From assembly GCA_965215105.1 (NCBI GenBank), contig OZ244051.1:4866896-4930895 (forward strand): a stretch of DNA of 64,000 bases, read 5' to 3'. Source of the DNA: Vicinamibacterales bacterium (lineage in GTDB: Bacteria > Acidobacteriota > Vicinamibacteria > Vicinamibacterales > UBA8438). A program made the position numbers and the translations under genes. The notes under the pieces are model-generated. The model saw nothing but the letters and a program-made list of their open reading frames with translations, did no database searches and had not been told where the DNA came from. Below are positions 19,341 to 27,828 of the stretch, piece after piece (within the stretch, counting starts at the first letter, position 1; each line of letters begins with the position of its first letter).

Positions 19341-19386
19341 GCCGCCGCCCGAGGCGGGGACCGGCTCGCCGAAAGGGAGGAACACC

Positions 19387-20250
19387 ATGACCGGCAGGGA
19401 CTTCGACACGTTCAAGGGCACCGTCGAGCGCGAGCTGATGCGCCATCCGGTGGTGACGGACAACGCCTACACCGCGTGGTTCGCCGAGGGCCGCGTCCCC
19501 CTCGACCACCTGCGGCACTTCACCGTCCAGTTCTCGGTGTTCTCCAACCAGTTCCTGCTCGCCGCCCTCAACCGCGTCATCAACGCCGGCACGCTCGAGG
19601 CGGCGCGCGAGAGCAAGGAGATATTGCTGAACGAGCTCGGCGTCATCTACGCCGACGGCGGGCGCGCGGCCGACCGCGAGCGCGCGCCCGGCGTCGCGGG
19701 GCCGACCGATGCCGACCGCGAGGGCGACCCCGCGCTGGTGTCGACCACCGGCACCGTCGACGGCGGCACGTTCCGCTTCCGGGCCGCCCACTTCGAGTGG
19801 CTGCTGCGGTTCGGCGCCGCCCTCGGCCTCGGGTTCCGCGACATGGGCCAGCGCCGCCACGGCGACCCCGGCACCCTGTTCTTCTGCGACGAGCTGTTCC
19901 GGCTCTACGGCAGCAGCGACTACAACGAGGCGATGGGGGCGTCGTTCGCGGTCGAGAACTGGGCCGCCGCGGGGTTCTGGAAGGAGCTGATCCGGGGGCT
20001 CGAGCGCGTCAAGGCCGAGCAGGTCCCGGCCCTGCCCCTCGCGTTCTTCACCTGGCACGACAGGCTCGAGGAGAACCACCGCGAGCACGTCTGGCACGAG
20101 CTGCGGGCCTGCCACGACTCGCCCGCGTTCGAGGGCGACGCGTTCATCGCGGCCGGGGTCGAGATGCTCGACGCGGTGGGGGGGTTCTGGGACGGCCTCT
20201 ACGCCGCGCGGCCCCGGGGCACGGGGGCGGGGCTGCTGGCGACCGCGTGA
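19387..20250 (+). CDS. heme-oxygenase-like (TenA/PqqC/CADD-type) iron-dependent redox enzyme family protein
   Basis: 287 aa, helical. FSVFSNQFL..., NELGV, SFAVENWAA, and WHDRLEENHREH (E/H-rich metal-ligand-like spacing). Confidence 0.55.
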   Translation: MTGRDFDTFKGTVERELMRHPVVTDNAYTAWFAEGRVPLDHLRHFTVQFSVFSNQFLLAALNRVINAGTLEAARESKEILLNELGVIYADGGRAADRERAPGVAGPTDADREGDPALVSTTGTVDGGTFRFRAAHFEWLLRFGAALGLGFRDMGQRRHGDPGTLFFCDELFRLYGSSDYNEAMGASFAVENWAAAGFWKELIRGLERVKAEQVPALPLAFFTWHDRLEENHREHVWHELRACHDSPAFEGDAFIAAGVEMLDAVGGFWDGLYAARPRGTGAGLLATA

Positions 20251-20317
20251 AGAGCGGGGATGGACCCGCTCAGCCTCAAGGGCCGCGGGCGCCACTCTCG
20301 CGTGGCTCGACGGCAGG

Positions 20318-21328
20318 TCAGCGGTAGCGTTCGAGCCAGGCGCGCAGCCGCGCCGCCTCGCCGGCCGCCGCGGGGTCGTGTTCCACCTGGTGAAGGCGGG
20401 TGCGGACCACGAACAGGTCCATGTCCTTCTCGCTCGGCGCGTCGCGCTCGACGATCTCCCGCACTTTCCGCGGGAAGAAGCTGCCCCAGTCGGGCCGGCG
20501 GCCGTCCACGTCGGTGAAGCCGTACTCCTTCGCCAGCCCCCAGCTCGAGAACAGGCCGCCGCTCCTGGCCCCGACGTCCGGATCCGCGGCCAGCGCCGCC
20601 ACCGCCCGCCCGACATGGCACGGCGTCTCGGACTCGGCGAAGTACGGGTCCTTCTCGATGGCGTCCCGCCAGTTCGCCTCGGTGACGCCGCAGTGCTCGA
20701 GCACCGCCTCCGACCGCATGAGCCCCGGCGTGAGGGCGAGGGCGGTCACGCGGTGCGCGTGCAGGTCGGACGCCATCCCGTACGCGAGCCGGATGACCGC
20801 GTTCTTCGCGAGGTCGTAGAAGAGGTTGCCGCGGTACCCGAGGGTGTCGCCGTCGGTGACCTCGACGACGAGCCCGGCGTTGCGTTCGACCATGAGGGGA
20901 ACGCCGTGCCGGCTCGTGACGAGGTGGCTGTGGACCGCGCGCTCCAGCAGCTCGAGCCCCTGCGCGGTGGAGAGCTCCCAGAAGGGCCTGCCCCACTCGG
21001 TCAGGGCGTCGCCGCCCCAGACGTCGTTGACCAGCACGTCGAGCCGGCCCTCGTCGGCGCGGACGCGGGCGAACAGCCGCTCGACCTCGGCCTCGACGGT
21101 GTGGTCGGTCCGGACGGCGATGGCGCGCCCGCCCGCGGCGGTCACCAGCTCCGCCGTCTCCTCGATGGTCTCGGGCCGCCCGGCGGTGGCGGGCCGCCCC
21201 CGCACGCTGCGTCCGGTGCAGTAGACGGTGGCCCCGGCCGCGCCCAGCATCCGGGCGATGCCCCGCCCGGCGCCGCGGGTGGCGCCGGCGACGACGGCGA
21301 CCTGGTTGAGGAGGGGCTGGTCGGGCAT
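20318..21328 (-). CDS. SDR family oxidoreductase
   Basis: 336 aa. VAVVAGATRGAGRGIA (TGxxxGxG-like), LVNDVWGG, YDLAKNAV (YxxxK). Confidence 0.85.
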   Translation of the reverse strand: MPDQPLLNQVAVVAGATRGAGRGIARMLGAAGATVYCTGRSVRGRPATAGRPETIEETAELVTAAGGRAIAVRTDHTVEAEVERLFARVRADEGRLDVLVNDVWGGDALTEWGRPFWELSTAQGLELLERAVHSHLVTSRHGVPLMVERNAGLVVEVTDGDTLGYRGNLFYDLAKNAVIRLAYGMASDLHAHRVTALALTPGLMRSEAVLEHCGVTEANWRDAIEKDPYFAESETPCHVGRAVAALAADPDVGARSGGLFSSWGLAKEYGFTDVDGRRPDWGSFFPRKVREIVERDAPSEKDMDLFVVRTRLHQVEHDPAAAGEAARLRAWLERYR

Positions 21329-21559
21329 CCGGTCCTTCGCGTTCGGGCCTGTCGTTCAGTCCGCCCCCCCGGCCGTGCCCGCCGCTGGGACGCGCCCCGC
21401 CCCCGGGCCCCCCTGCCGGGCCGGGCACACCCCCCCGCTGCCGCTGAGGGCCGAGGGCCTCGACGAGGACTCCCGCCGCACATCCCCCGGAGCCCGGCCG
21501 GTCGGTCTGACGCTGCGGCGCGAGGGTCTCCGCGGCGCGCGAGGTCTCGAGCCTCTCCG

Positions 21560-21976
21560 TCAGAGCCTCAGCAAGGGGCGGTCGGGCGACTCGGGGCGCG
21601 TGCCGAGCGTCCGGGTCACGCCGTCGGCCACCAGATCGAGCTGCTCCATGACGACCTGACCGACCAGGGCGTCGGTGCCCGCCGGAACGACGACGCAGTT
21701 GACAGGCATCCAGCGGTCGCCGATGCTGACGGTCACGGGGCCGGCGACCGGCCGCTCGCCCCGTCGTCCGTCGGCATAGGCGCACGCGACGCTGCCCACG
21801 ACCTCCACGCCGAGCCGCTCCACGACGTCCTCGGGCAGCGCGAGCATCACCGCGCCGGTGTCCGCGACCGCCTTGACGGTGACGCGCCGGACGTCGGCCT
21901 CTTGCAGATGCCCCGCCTTGGCCAACGCGCGGTCCCGGTCGTTCTCCAGCCCAACGTCGACGACGATTTCACCCAT
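21560..21976 (-). CDS. retropepsin-like (clan AA) aspartyl protease
   Basis: 138 aa from MGEIVVDV. Contains VADTGAVMLALPE (DTG active-site motif) and a late VVVPAGTDALVGQVVME. Confidence 0.6.
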   Translation of the reverse strand: MGEIVVDVGLENDRDRALAKAGHLQEADVRRVTVKAVADTGAVMLALPEDVVERLGVEVVGSVACAYADGRRGERPVAGPVTVSIGDRWMPVNCVVVPAGTDALVGQVVMEQLDLVADGVTRTLGTRPESPDRPLLRL

Positions 21977-22054
21977 CGCGGATCTCTCCTTCACCACTCT
22001 ACCGCATCGACTCGACCATGGCCCGGCCGCCACACGCCCGTCCGCCGCCGGCCG

Positions 22055-22335
22055 AAGCGCCATGCGCCGGAACGCCGGCATCTCGTCCGGCCACTCGCGC
22101 CACGAGGCGCGCCCGGCGGTTCTCTCTGCAAGACCAAGTTGCAAAACCAAGGCCAGGAGTTGCTGCGCGAGTATGTGGAACGGTTCCGGTGGGGGGGCGA
22201 CGGATTCTACGTTACCTGTCGAGCCAGAGTTGCAGCAGGTCGGATGCTCTCAGGAATTCGTCGTCCGATGTTGCCAGGAAGAGACAGTTGCGAGCCGTTC
22301 CGGGTCGAACGCGGATTCGCAACTCACGGCTCAGG
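22055..22335 (-). pseudogene. internally deleted remnant of a second brxHI-like (Lhr-type helicase) gene
   Basis: 22300-22332 matches helicase 25408-25440 (5' end), 22201-22303 matches 24301-24403, and 22060-22200 matches 24165-24300. It translates as ..RPGTARNCLFLATSDDEFLRASDLLQLWLD.. with frame breaks. Confidence 0.65.
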
Positions 22336-22350
22336 GTGGCGGAATCGCCC

Positions 22351-23019
22351 TCACGAATCCTCGCGCGCCGACGGCTCATGAGCGGAGGCGGCCAAGGGCG
22401 AGGCCTCGCTGATCGAGGGCGGCTCGGAACGGGTCGCGGCGCGATCATCCGGGGCGGCGGTACCCTCGAAATCGCTCCGCTGGAAGAGCGGAATGAAGTG
22501 CCCGACTTCGCGGCGGATGTTGGCGGCGCCGTCCTGCTCCCCGCGGTCGACGAGCGCCATCGCTCCGACGACCTTGCAGCCGGCCTCGCGCGCGGCCTTC
22601 ACGGCCTGGAGCAGCGACCCCCCGGACGTGACGACATCGTCGACGATGACGACCTTGGCTCCTTGTCCAGGCGGATTCTCGATGAGGCGCTTCGTGCCGT
22701 GGCTCTTCGGCTGCTGTCGGACGTAGAAGCCCTGGATCGGGCAATTCCGCACCTGCGAGAGCACGATCATCGCGCTCACGATCGGATCCGCCCCGAGCGT
22801 CCGTCCCCCAACGGCATCCGGACGCTCGGGAAGCTGGTCGAGCGCATCGAGGAAGGCCTGCCCCGCGAGGTACGCCCCTTCAGCGTCCAGCGTTACCAGC
22901 TTGCAGTCGAAGTAGAAGCTCGACTTCGCGCCGGTGCTGAGCGTGACCTCGCCGGTCCGCCGGGCTCGGGTCGCCAGCAGGTCCCGGAGTCGGCGAGTTC
23001 CCGCCTGGGTGTCGATCAT
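22351..23019 (-). CDS. pyrE: orotate phosphoribosyltransferase
   Basis: Start at MIDTQAG (residue 18 of ORF 22351..23070). LSTGAKSSFYFDCK and the PRPP loop VVIVDDVVTSGGS. Confidence 0.85.
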   Translation of the reverse strand: MIDTQAGTRRLRDLLATRARRTGEVTLSTGAKSSFYFDCKLVTLDAEGAYLAGQAFLDALDQLPERPDAVGGRTLGADPIVSAMIVLSQVRNCPIQGFYVRQQPKSHGTKRLIENPPGQGAKVVIVDDVVTSGGSLLQAVKAAREAGCKVVGAMALVDRGEQDGAANIRREVGHFIPLFQRSDFEGTAAPDDRAATRSEPPSISEASPLAASAHEPSAREDS

Positions 23020-23028
23020 GGCTCTGCC

Positions 23029-23197
23029 CTGGCCCGCCAATCGTCGCCTGCGGCTCCGCTCGGCGCCCAACCAACCCTGCCAGGAGTCTGCGCCGTTCTA
23101 CGGCGCAGACTCCTGGCCCGCCAATCGTCGCCTGCGGCTCCGCTTGGCGCCCAACCAACCCTGCCAGGAGTCTGCGCCGTTCTACGGCGCAGACTCC
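23029..23197. repeat. 84-bp x2 intergenic tandem repeat, each unit carrying a perfect 13-bp-stem hairpin
   Basis: Units at 23029-23112 and 23113-23196. Hairpins GGAGTCTGCGCCG-ttcta-CGGCGCAGACTCC at 23083-23113 and 23167-23197. Lies between the brxHI stop and the pyrE start. Confidence 0.85.
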
Positions 23198-23323
23198 TGG
23201 CGAACGGTGGCGACATCGATGCGCGGATTATACGTCCCAACGCTCCTGACACGCCTGACCCGTGAGGAGCTGCGTTCCGGTGCACCACCGGAACGGCGTC
23301 GGGAGCCCATCCGTCCCGAGGCG

Positions 23324-25435
23324 TCACGGGAGTGTTGCGGACCAAATCGGTTCGTGCAAACACTTTTCGACGCTCCGCGTATCCGAGCCGCGCCTCCTGA
23401 TGGTTCGGTCTGCGAGTTTTCTGGGCAGACATTCCGAGAACTTGAGTGAGTCCAGGGCGTCGTCCGATACGGGGAAGAGGTTCTCCGGCCCGCCCGAGCG
23501 TGCGTTGCGAAGTTGTGCCTTTAGTTCCTCAACCTTGACGTCATCGCGGAGCCGGATGGAGAGATTGTCCTCGCGGGAGGTCGAGAGGCGCAGCGGCCCG
23601 GCCAGCTCTCCGAGGACGGCGTTCGCCCGGAGGCCGGCGAAGGTCCACCAGCGGCTGACGCCGGCCGGGTCTCGGACGACCGCGGTGCCTTTGGCGTCGA
23701 CCCACGAGAAGTCCCGTTGGAGCTCGTCGAGCCTCGTCCGGGCCCGCTTGCTGGTGTCGATGCCGGGCGATCCCTCGACCAGGACCTGACGGACGGCGCG
23801 ACAGAGGTCGAAGGAGAGGGGCACTCCGGGTCCGATCCAGCGCGAGCGTCCCCGCTCGACGGAAGGCTTGACGTAGGCGACCCGGTGGTCCCGGTCGATG
23901 TGCGACACCTCCCAGCTCCTGCCTCCGAGCAGGAGCACTACGGGGCCGTCGCGGCGGACCTGGAACGAGAGCGGATGCACGACACCGAGCTCCGTCCGCC
24001 CGTGGCGCACTGAGAAGAGCGGGTCGCTGGTGAACACCGACATCAGCTCCATGAAGTGCCGCCGGCCGAAGGAGCGCTCGCCCTCGACGCCGACCGACAG
24101 CATTCCGCCGTCGTCGAACAGCAGGCCGCGCCCGAGCATGCACTCGATGATGTCGTCGAGATGCCCGGCCGCCATCGTCCGGAACGCGGGCACCGCGCCG
24201 AGCCAGTCGCGCCACGTCCGCCGCCCGATGCGCCCCTCCTGCAGGGCGAGGGCCAGGAGCTGCTGCGCGAAGACGTGGAACGGCTCCGGGGGCGGAACCA
24301 CGGATTCGACGTAGCCGTCGAGCCAGAGTCGGAGCAGGCCCGACGCTCTGAGGAAGCCGTCGTCCGACGTGGCGAGGAACAGGCAGTTCCGGGCCGTGCC
24401 GGGCCGGCGCCCGGTTCGGCCCAGCCGCTGCAGGAACGAGGCGACGGTCGCGGGCGCGTCGATCTGGATGACGCGGTCGAGGTCGCCGACGTCGATGCCG
24501 AGTTCCAGCGTGCTCGTGGCGACGATGACGCAGTCGCGGCTCCGCGAGAACGCTTCCTCGGCCCGCCGGCGCTCGTCGAGGGCGAGCGAGCTGTGCGAGA
24601 CGAAGGTCTCGGCGCCGCATCGGCGGAGCTCGGCGGACAGCGCCTCGACGCCGGCGCGGCTGTCGCAGAACACGAGCCGCTTCTCGCCACGGTGCAGCGC
24701 GGAGATCACCTTGGCCGCGTTGCGGACGCTCCCGACGTGGTCGAGGTGAGCGCTCGCCGGACCGGCCGCGTCACCGCTTGGCGCGACGACCCGGCGCGGC
24801 CGCGACGAGGCGGGGGCCAGCCAGTCGAGGAGCGCGCGGGGGTTCCCGATGGTCGCGGAGAGGCCGAGGCGCTGGATCTCGCGTCCCGCCAGGCGGCGCA
24901 CGCGCTCCAGGACCGCGAGCAGGTGCCAGCCGCGGTCGTCGCCGGCGAAGGCGTGCAGCTCGTCGACGACGACGGCCTGCAGATCCCGGAAGAGCACGCG
25001 GGGCTCGGACCGGCTCGAGACGAGCATGACCTCGATCGACTCCGGCGTGGTGAGCAGCACGTCGGGCCGTTCCCGCAGGATGGCCCGCCGCCGGGCGGCG
25101 CCCACGTCCCCGTGCCACTGGTCGACGCGGCGTCCAACCAGGGCGCCGTAGCCCCGGAGCCGTGACTTGAGGTCGTTCAGCAGGGCCTTGATCGGGCAGA
25201 CGTAGAGCACGCTCAACCCGCTCCAGCCTTCGGTCAGCATGCGGGACAGCAGCGGGAACACCGCGGCCTCGGTCTTGCCGCCGGCGGTGGGCGCCAGCAG
25301 CAGGGCATGGTCCCCGTCCAGCACGGGAGGGATGGCGCGCTCCTGGAGGGGCCGGAGGGATGTCCACCCGAGCGAGTTGACGATGTGATGCTGAAGCGCG
25401 GGGTGCAGCCGGTCGAACGCGGATTCGTGGCTCAC
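23324..25435 (-). CDS. brxHI: BREX type 2 Lhr-like DEAD/DEAH helicase BrxHI
   Basis: APTAGGKTEAA (Walker A), VVDELHAF (DExH), LSATIGNP, helicase C (ATSTLELGIDVG, QRLGRTGR), plus an Lhr-type C-terminal extension. The GTG start at 25435 is my choice; the ORF extends to 25585. Confidence 0.85.
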   Translation of the reverse strand: MSHESAFDRLHPALQHHIVNSLGWTSLRPLQERAIPPVLDGDHALLLAPTAGGKTEAAVFPLLSRMLTEGWSGLSVLYVCPIKALLNDLKSRLRGYGALVGRRVDQWHGDVGAARRRAILRERPDVLLTTPESIEVMLVSSRSEPRVLFRDLQAVVVDELHAFAGDDRGWHLLAVLERVRRLAGREIQRLGLSATIGNPRALLDWLAPASSRPRRVVAPSGDAAGPASAHLDHVGSVRNAAKVISALHRGEKRLVFCDSRAGVEALSAELRRCGAETFVSHSSLALDERRRAEEAFSRSRDCVIVATSTLELGIDVGDLDRVIQIDAPATVASFLQRLGRTGRRPGTARNCLFLATSDDGFLRASGLLRLWLDGYVESVVPPPEPFHVFAQQLLALALQEGRIGRRTWRDWLGAVPAFRTMAAGHLDDIIECMLGRGLLFDDGGMLSVGVEGERSFGRRHFMELMSVFTSDPLFSVRHGRTELGVVHPLSFQVRRDGPVVLLLGGRSWEVSHIDRDHRVAYVKPSVERGRSRWIGPGVPLSFDLCRAVRQVLVEGSPGIDTSKRARTRLDELQRDFSWVDAKGTAVVRDPAGVSRWWTFAGLRANAVLGELAGPLRLSTSREDNLSIRLRDDVKVEELKAQLRNARSGGPENLFPVSDDALDSLKFSECLPRKLADRTIRRRGSDTRSVEKCLHEPIWSATLP

Positions 25436-25445
25436 GACTCGCGGT

Positions 25446-25901
25446 TCACGGCTTCGACGCCGGCCGCAGGCTTGCCGGGCTTGCCTGCGTACCGGGTTCG
25501 GACCAGTCGACGATGTCGAGGTCGTCGATTCTCGCAAGATGTCGGATGTTCGCGGTGGCGAGCTGCGCCGGCAGGCTGAGGGCAATCGATGCGATGGCGA
25601 TGTCCATGTCCTCGATCGGAGTTCCCCGATGTTGCAGGGCGGCCTTCCAGTGTCCGAACGCCCGCGTCGCCGCCTCGTTCCAATCGGTCCAGCGCACCAC
25701 GGCGCGCAGGCGCTCGAACTCGTTCGCGAGAAGTCGTCGGCGACGCGATTCAGGCGGCAGGCGCGACAGGCCGAAGTGGATTTCGGCCGCGACGGGCGCG
25801 CAGAGGTAGACGGTCGACGGATCCTGCTCGCGCAACAGCAGCAGGGCGTGCGTGCGCCGGTGCATGAACGCCGAAGCGGCGCTCGTGTCGAGGAGGAGCA
25901 T
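25446..25901 (-). CDS. vapC: PIN-domain toxin VapC
   Basis: 151 aa. MLLLDTSA..., DMDIAIASIAL, TANIRHLARI. Confidence 0.8.
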   Translation of the reverse strand: MLLLDTSAASAFMHRRTHALLLLREQDPSTVYLCAPVAAEIHFGLSRLPPESRRRRLLANEFERLRAVVRWTDWNEAATRAFGHWKAALQHRGTPIEDMDIAIASIALSLPAQLATANIRHLARIDDLDIVDWSEPGTQASPASLRPASKP

Positions 25902-26161
25902 CAGAACTGCGGGCGCGTGCGACTCCGCCGAGCGTTCTCGACGGCCTTCCGGAAGTCCTTTTCGCCCTGCTGGAGGTCCCGCAGATCGGCGTCGCTCAGG
26001 TGATCGTTGGAGAACAGCTCCGGGGGCCAGCGAGTGCGTTCTTCAACCGCACGCTCGCACGATTCCACGATCAACCGGTTCCGACTCGTCCCCCGCTCCG
26101 CTGCTATCCGATCCAGACTGACCAGCAGCGCTTGTGGCAGATGAACGCTCGTGTTCGGCAT
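25901..26161 (-). CDS. vapB: ribbon-helix-helix (CopG-like) antitoxin VapB
   Basis: Start at MPNTSVHLPQALLVSLDRIAAERGTSRNRLI (residue 37 of ORF 25901..26269). The stop overlaps the vapC ATG. Confidence 0.75.
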   Translation of the reverse strand: MPNTSVHLPQALLVSLDRIAAERGTSRNRLIVESCERAVEERTRWPPELFSNDHLSDADLRDLQQGEKDFRKAVENARRSRTRPQF

Positions 26162-26311
26162 GGCTTTCCTACCCGAACATGTTATACCACATCGACAGAG
26201 CTGACCTACAGCCGGCCCGTAAGCGCGGTAACAGGGGTGCACGACAGGAGGTGAGACGCCAACGAGCACGATACCCGAATCGCCGGCCTGCCCCGTACCA
26301 GGGCGGTCATT

Positions 26312-27646
26312 TCACAAGTCGGTCCGGCCCCACGGCTCCAGCTCGACATCGTCCGGCGTGGTCGCGGCGCGGGCGTTGCGCTCGACGTCGGTCAGCTCGC
26401 CGTCCGCGAGGGTGAGGGCGTAGTCGCGCCGCGGGTCGAAGTCGGGGTGGAGGTCGATGCGGTCGAGCACGTCCTGAACCAGCTTCTTGAGGAAGACCCG
26501 CGGCGCGATGCCGACCCGCCCGCCCAGACCGCCGGTAACGGCGCGGGCGAGACTGTTCAGGTACGCGTCGTCCGCCCGTTCGAGAACGCGTCCGCGGGCG
26601 GCGGCCCCCTCGGCGTAGAGATTACGAATCTTCCGCCCGACCGCCTCCAGGCGCGGGAGGTCGAAGTTCTGCAGCCGCACCTGCGGCGCCCGCGGGTTGT
26701 CGAAGCGGTGGGCGCCGGAGAAGTCCACGGCGAGCCGCTGGGCGAGGGGCGGCAGGCGCTGCACGCCCTGCGGTCCTTCGAAGAACGCGGGGGTCCCGGT
26801 GATGACGAGGTAGAGGCCCGGGAAACGGCCGGAGTCGACCTCGTCGATGACCTGCCGGAGGGCGTTCAGGCTCTTCTCGCGCACGTCGCTCCGCACGCGC
26901 TGCAGCGTCTCGACCTCGTCGAGCACGAGGACCAGCCCCGAGAAGCCCGAGTCGCGCAGGATGACGAGCAGGCCCTGCAGGAAGCTGAGCGCGCCGAAGT
27001 GGTCGAGGTCGCCCTTGACGCCGGCGTACCGCTTGGCGGCGGCGCCGACGTTGGGCTGGCCGCCGACCCAGGCCAGGAGCGCTTCGGCCGTGGCGCGATC
27101 GTTCCCCGCGACGGCCCGTCGATAGCCGCGCAGGGCCGCCGCGAACGCCGGGGCGTGGCGCGCGACCGACGCGAGCCGCCGCTCCATGAGGTCGGTCGTC
27201 CGGGCGAGCAGCGCCTCCGCGTCGCCCTCCCCGACGCGGCCTTCGGCGAGGACGTCCTCCTCCAGCGCGTAGAACCAGTTGTCGAGGATGGACCGGAGGG
27301 CGCCGGCCTGCGTGCCCGCGGTCGAGAGGCGTTCGATCAGCCGGCGGTAGACGGTCTCGAGACGGTGCAGCGGCGTCTCCGTCTCGGAGATCTGCACCTC
27401 GGCCGCGGCGAATCCCTCGCGTTTCGCCCGTTCCTGCAGCCACCGCACGAAGAAGGTCTTCCCGCTGCCGTACTCGCCGCGGACGGCCTTGAACTTCGCG
27501 CTCCCGGCCGCGACCGACGCGAGCTCTTCGCCCACCACGCCGTTGAACCCGTCGAGCCCGACCGCGAACGCGTCCAGACTGCGCCGGGGAACGGTCCCGC
27601 GCCGCAGGGCGTCGACGATCTCGTGGCGTCGCTGAGAGCTGATCAT
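26312..27646 (-). CDS. brxD: BREX ATPase BrxD (DUF2791-type P-loop protein)
   Basis: Start at MISSQRRHEIVDALRRGTVP (residue 35 of ORF 26312..27748). RGEYGSGKTFF Walker A, LVLVLDEVE Walker B. Position after pglZ fits BrxD. Confidence 0.8.
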   Translation of the reverse strand: MISSQRRHEIVDALRRGTVPRRSLDAFAVGLDGFNGVVGEELASVAAGSAKFKAVRGEYGSGKTFFVRWLQERAKREGFAAAEVQISETETPLHRLETVYRRLIERLSTAGTQAGALRSILDNWFYALEEDVLAEGRVGEGDAEALLARTTDLMERRLASVARHAPAFAAALRGYRRAVAGNDRATAEALLAWVGGQPNVGAAAKRYAGVKGDLDHFGALSFLQGLLVILRDSGFSGLVLVLDEVETLQRVRSDVREKSLNALRQVIDEVDSGRFPGLYLVITGTPAFFEGPQGVQRLPPLAQRLAVDFSGAHRFDNPRAPQVRLQNFDLPRLEAVGRKIRNLYAEGAAARGRVLERADDAYLNSLARAVTGGLGGRVGIAPRVFLKKLVQDVLDRIDLHPDFDPRRDYALTLADGELTDVERNARAATTPDDVELEPWGRTDL

Positions 27647-27667
27647 CGGTGGGGTCGTCGCAAGCCG

Positions 27668-27811
27668 GCTCGGACATCGCCGCTCTGCCGCGCCGCTGTC
27701 CGCTGAACCCGTCCTTGCAGAGCGCGACGGCTGCTGCATCCGCGTCATTACCGTCCCTGCTGCGCCGCTGTCCGCCCAAACCCCATCCGGGCAGGTAGTC
27801 AGCGCCTCCCG
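27668..27811. repeat. about 72-bp x2 degenerate tandem repeat in the pglZ-brxD spacer
   Basis: ctgccgcgccgctgtccgctgaacccgtcc (27685-27714) recurs as ctgctgcgccgctgtccgcccaaaccccatcc (27757-27788), and the flanks are also similar. Confidence 0.6.
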
Positions 27812-27828
27812 CGGGCGGCGGCCCCGGT

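Noticed and set aside
21329-21559. The 230-bp GC/poly-C-rich spacer (runs of ccccccc) between the SDR gene start and the protease gene end, as a possible regulatory RNA or G-quadruplex region.
   Set aside because: It has no repeat structure, hairpin or conserved motif I can support. It is probably just promoter and spacer DNA.
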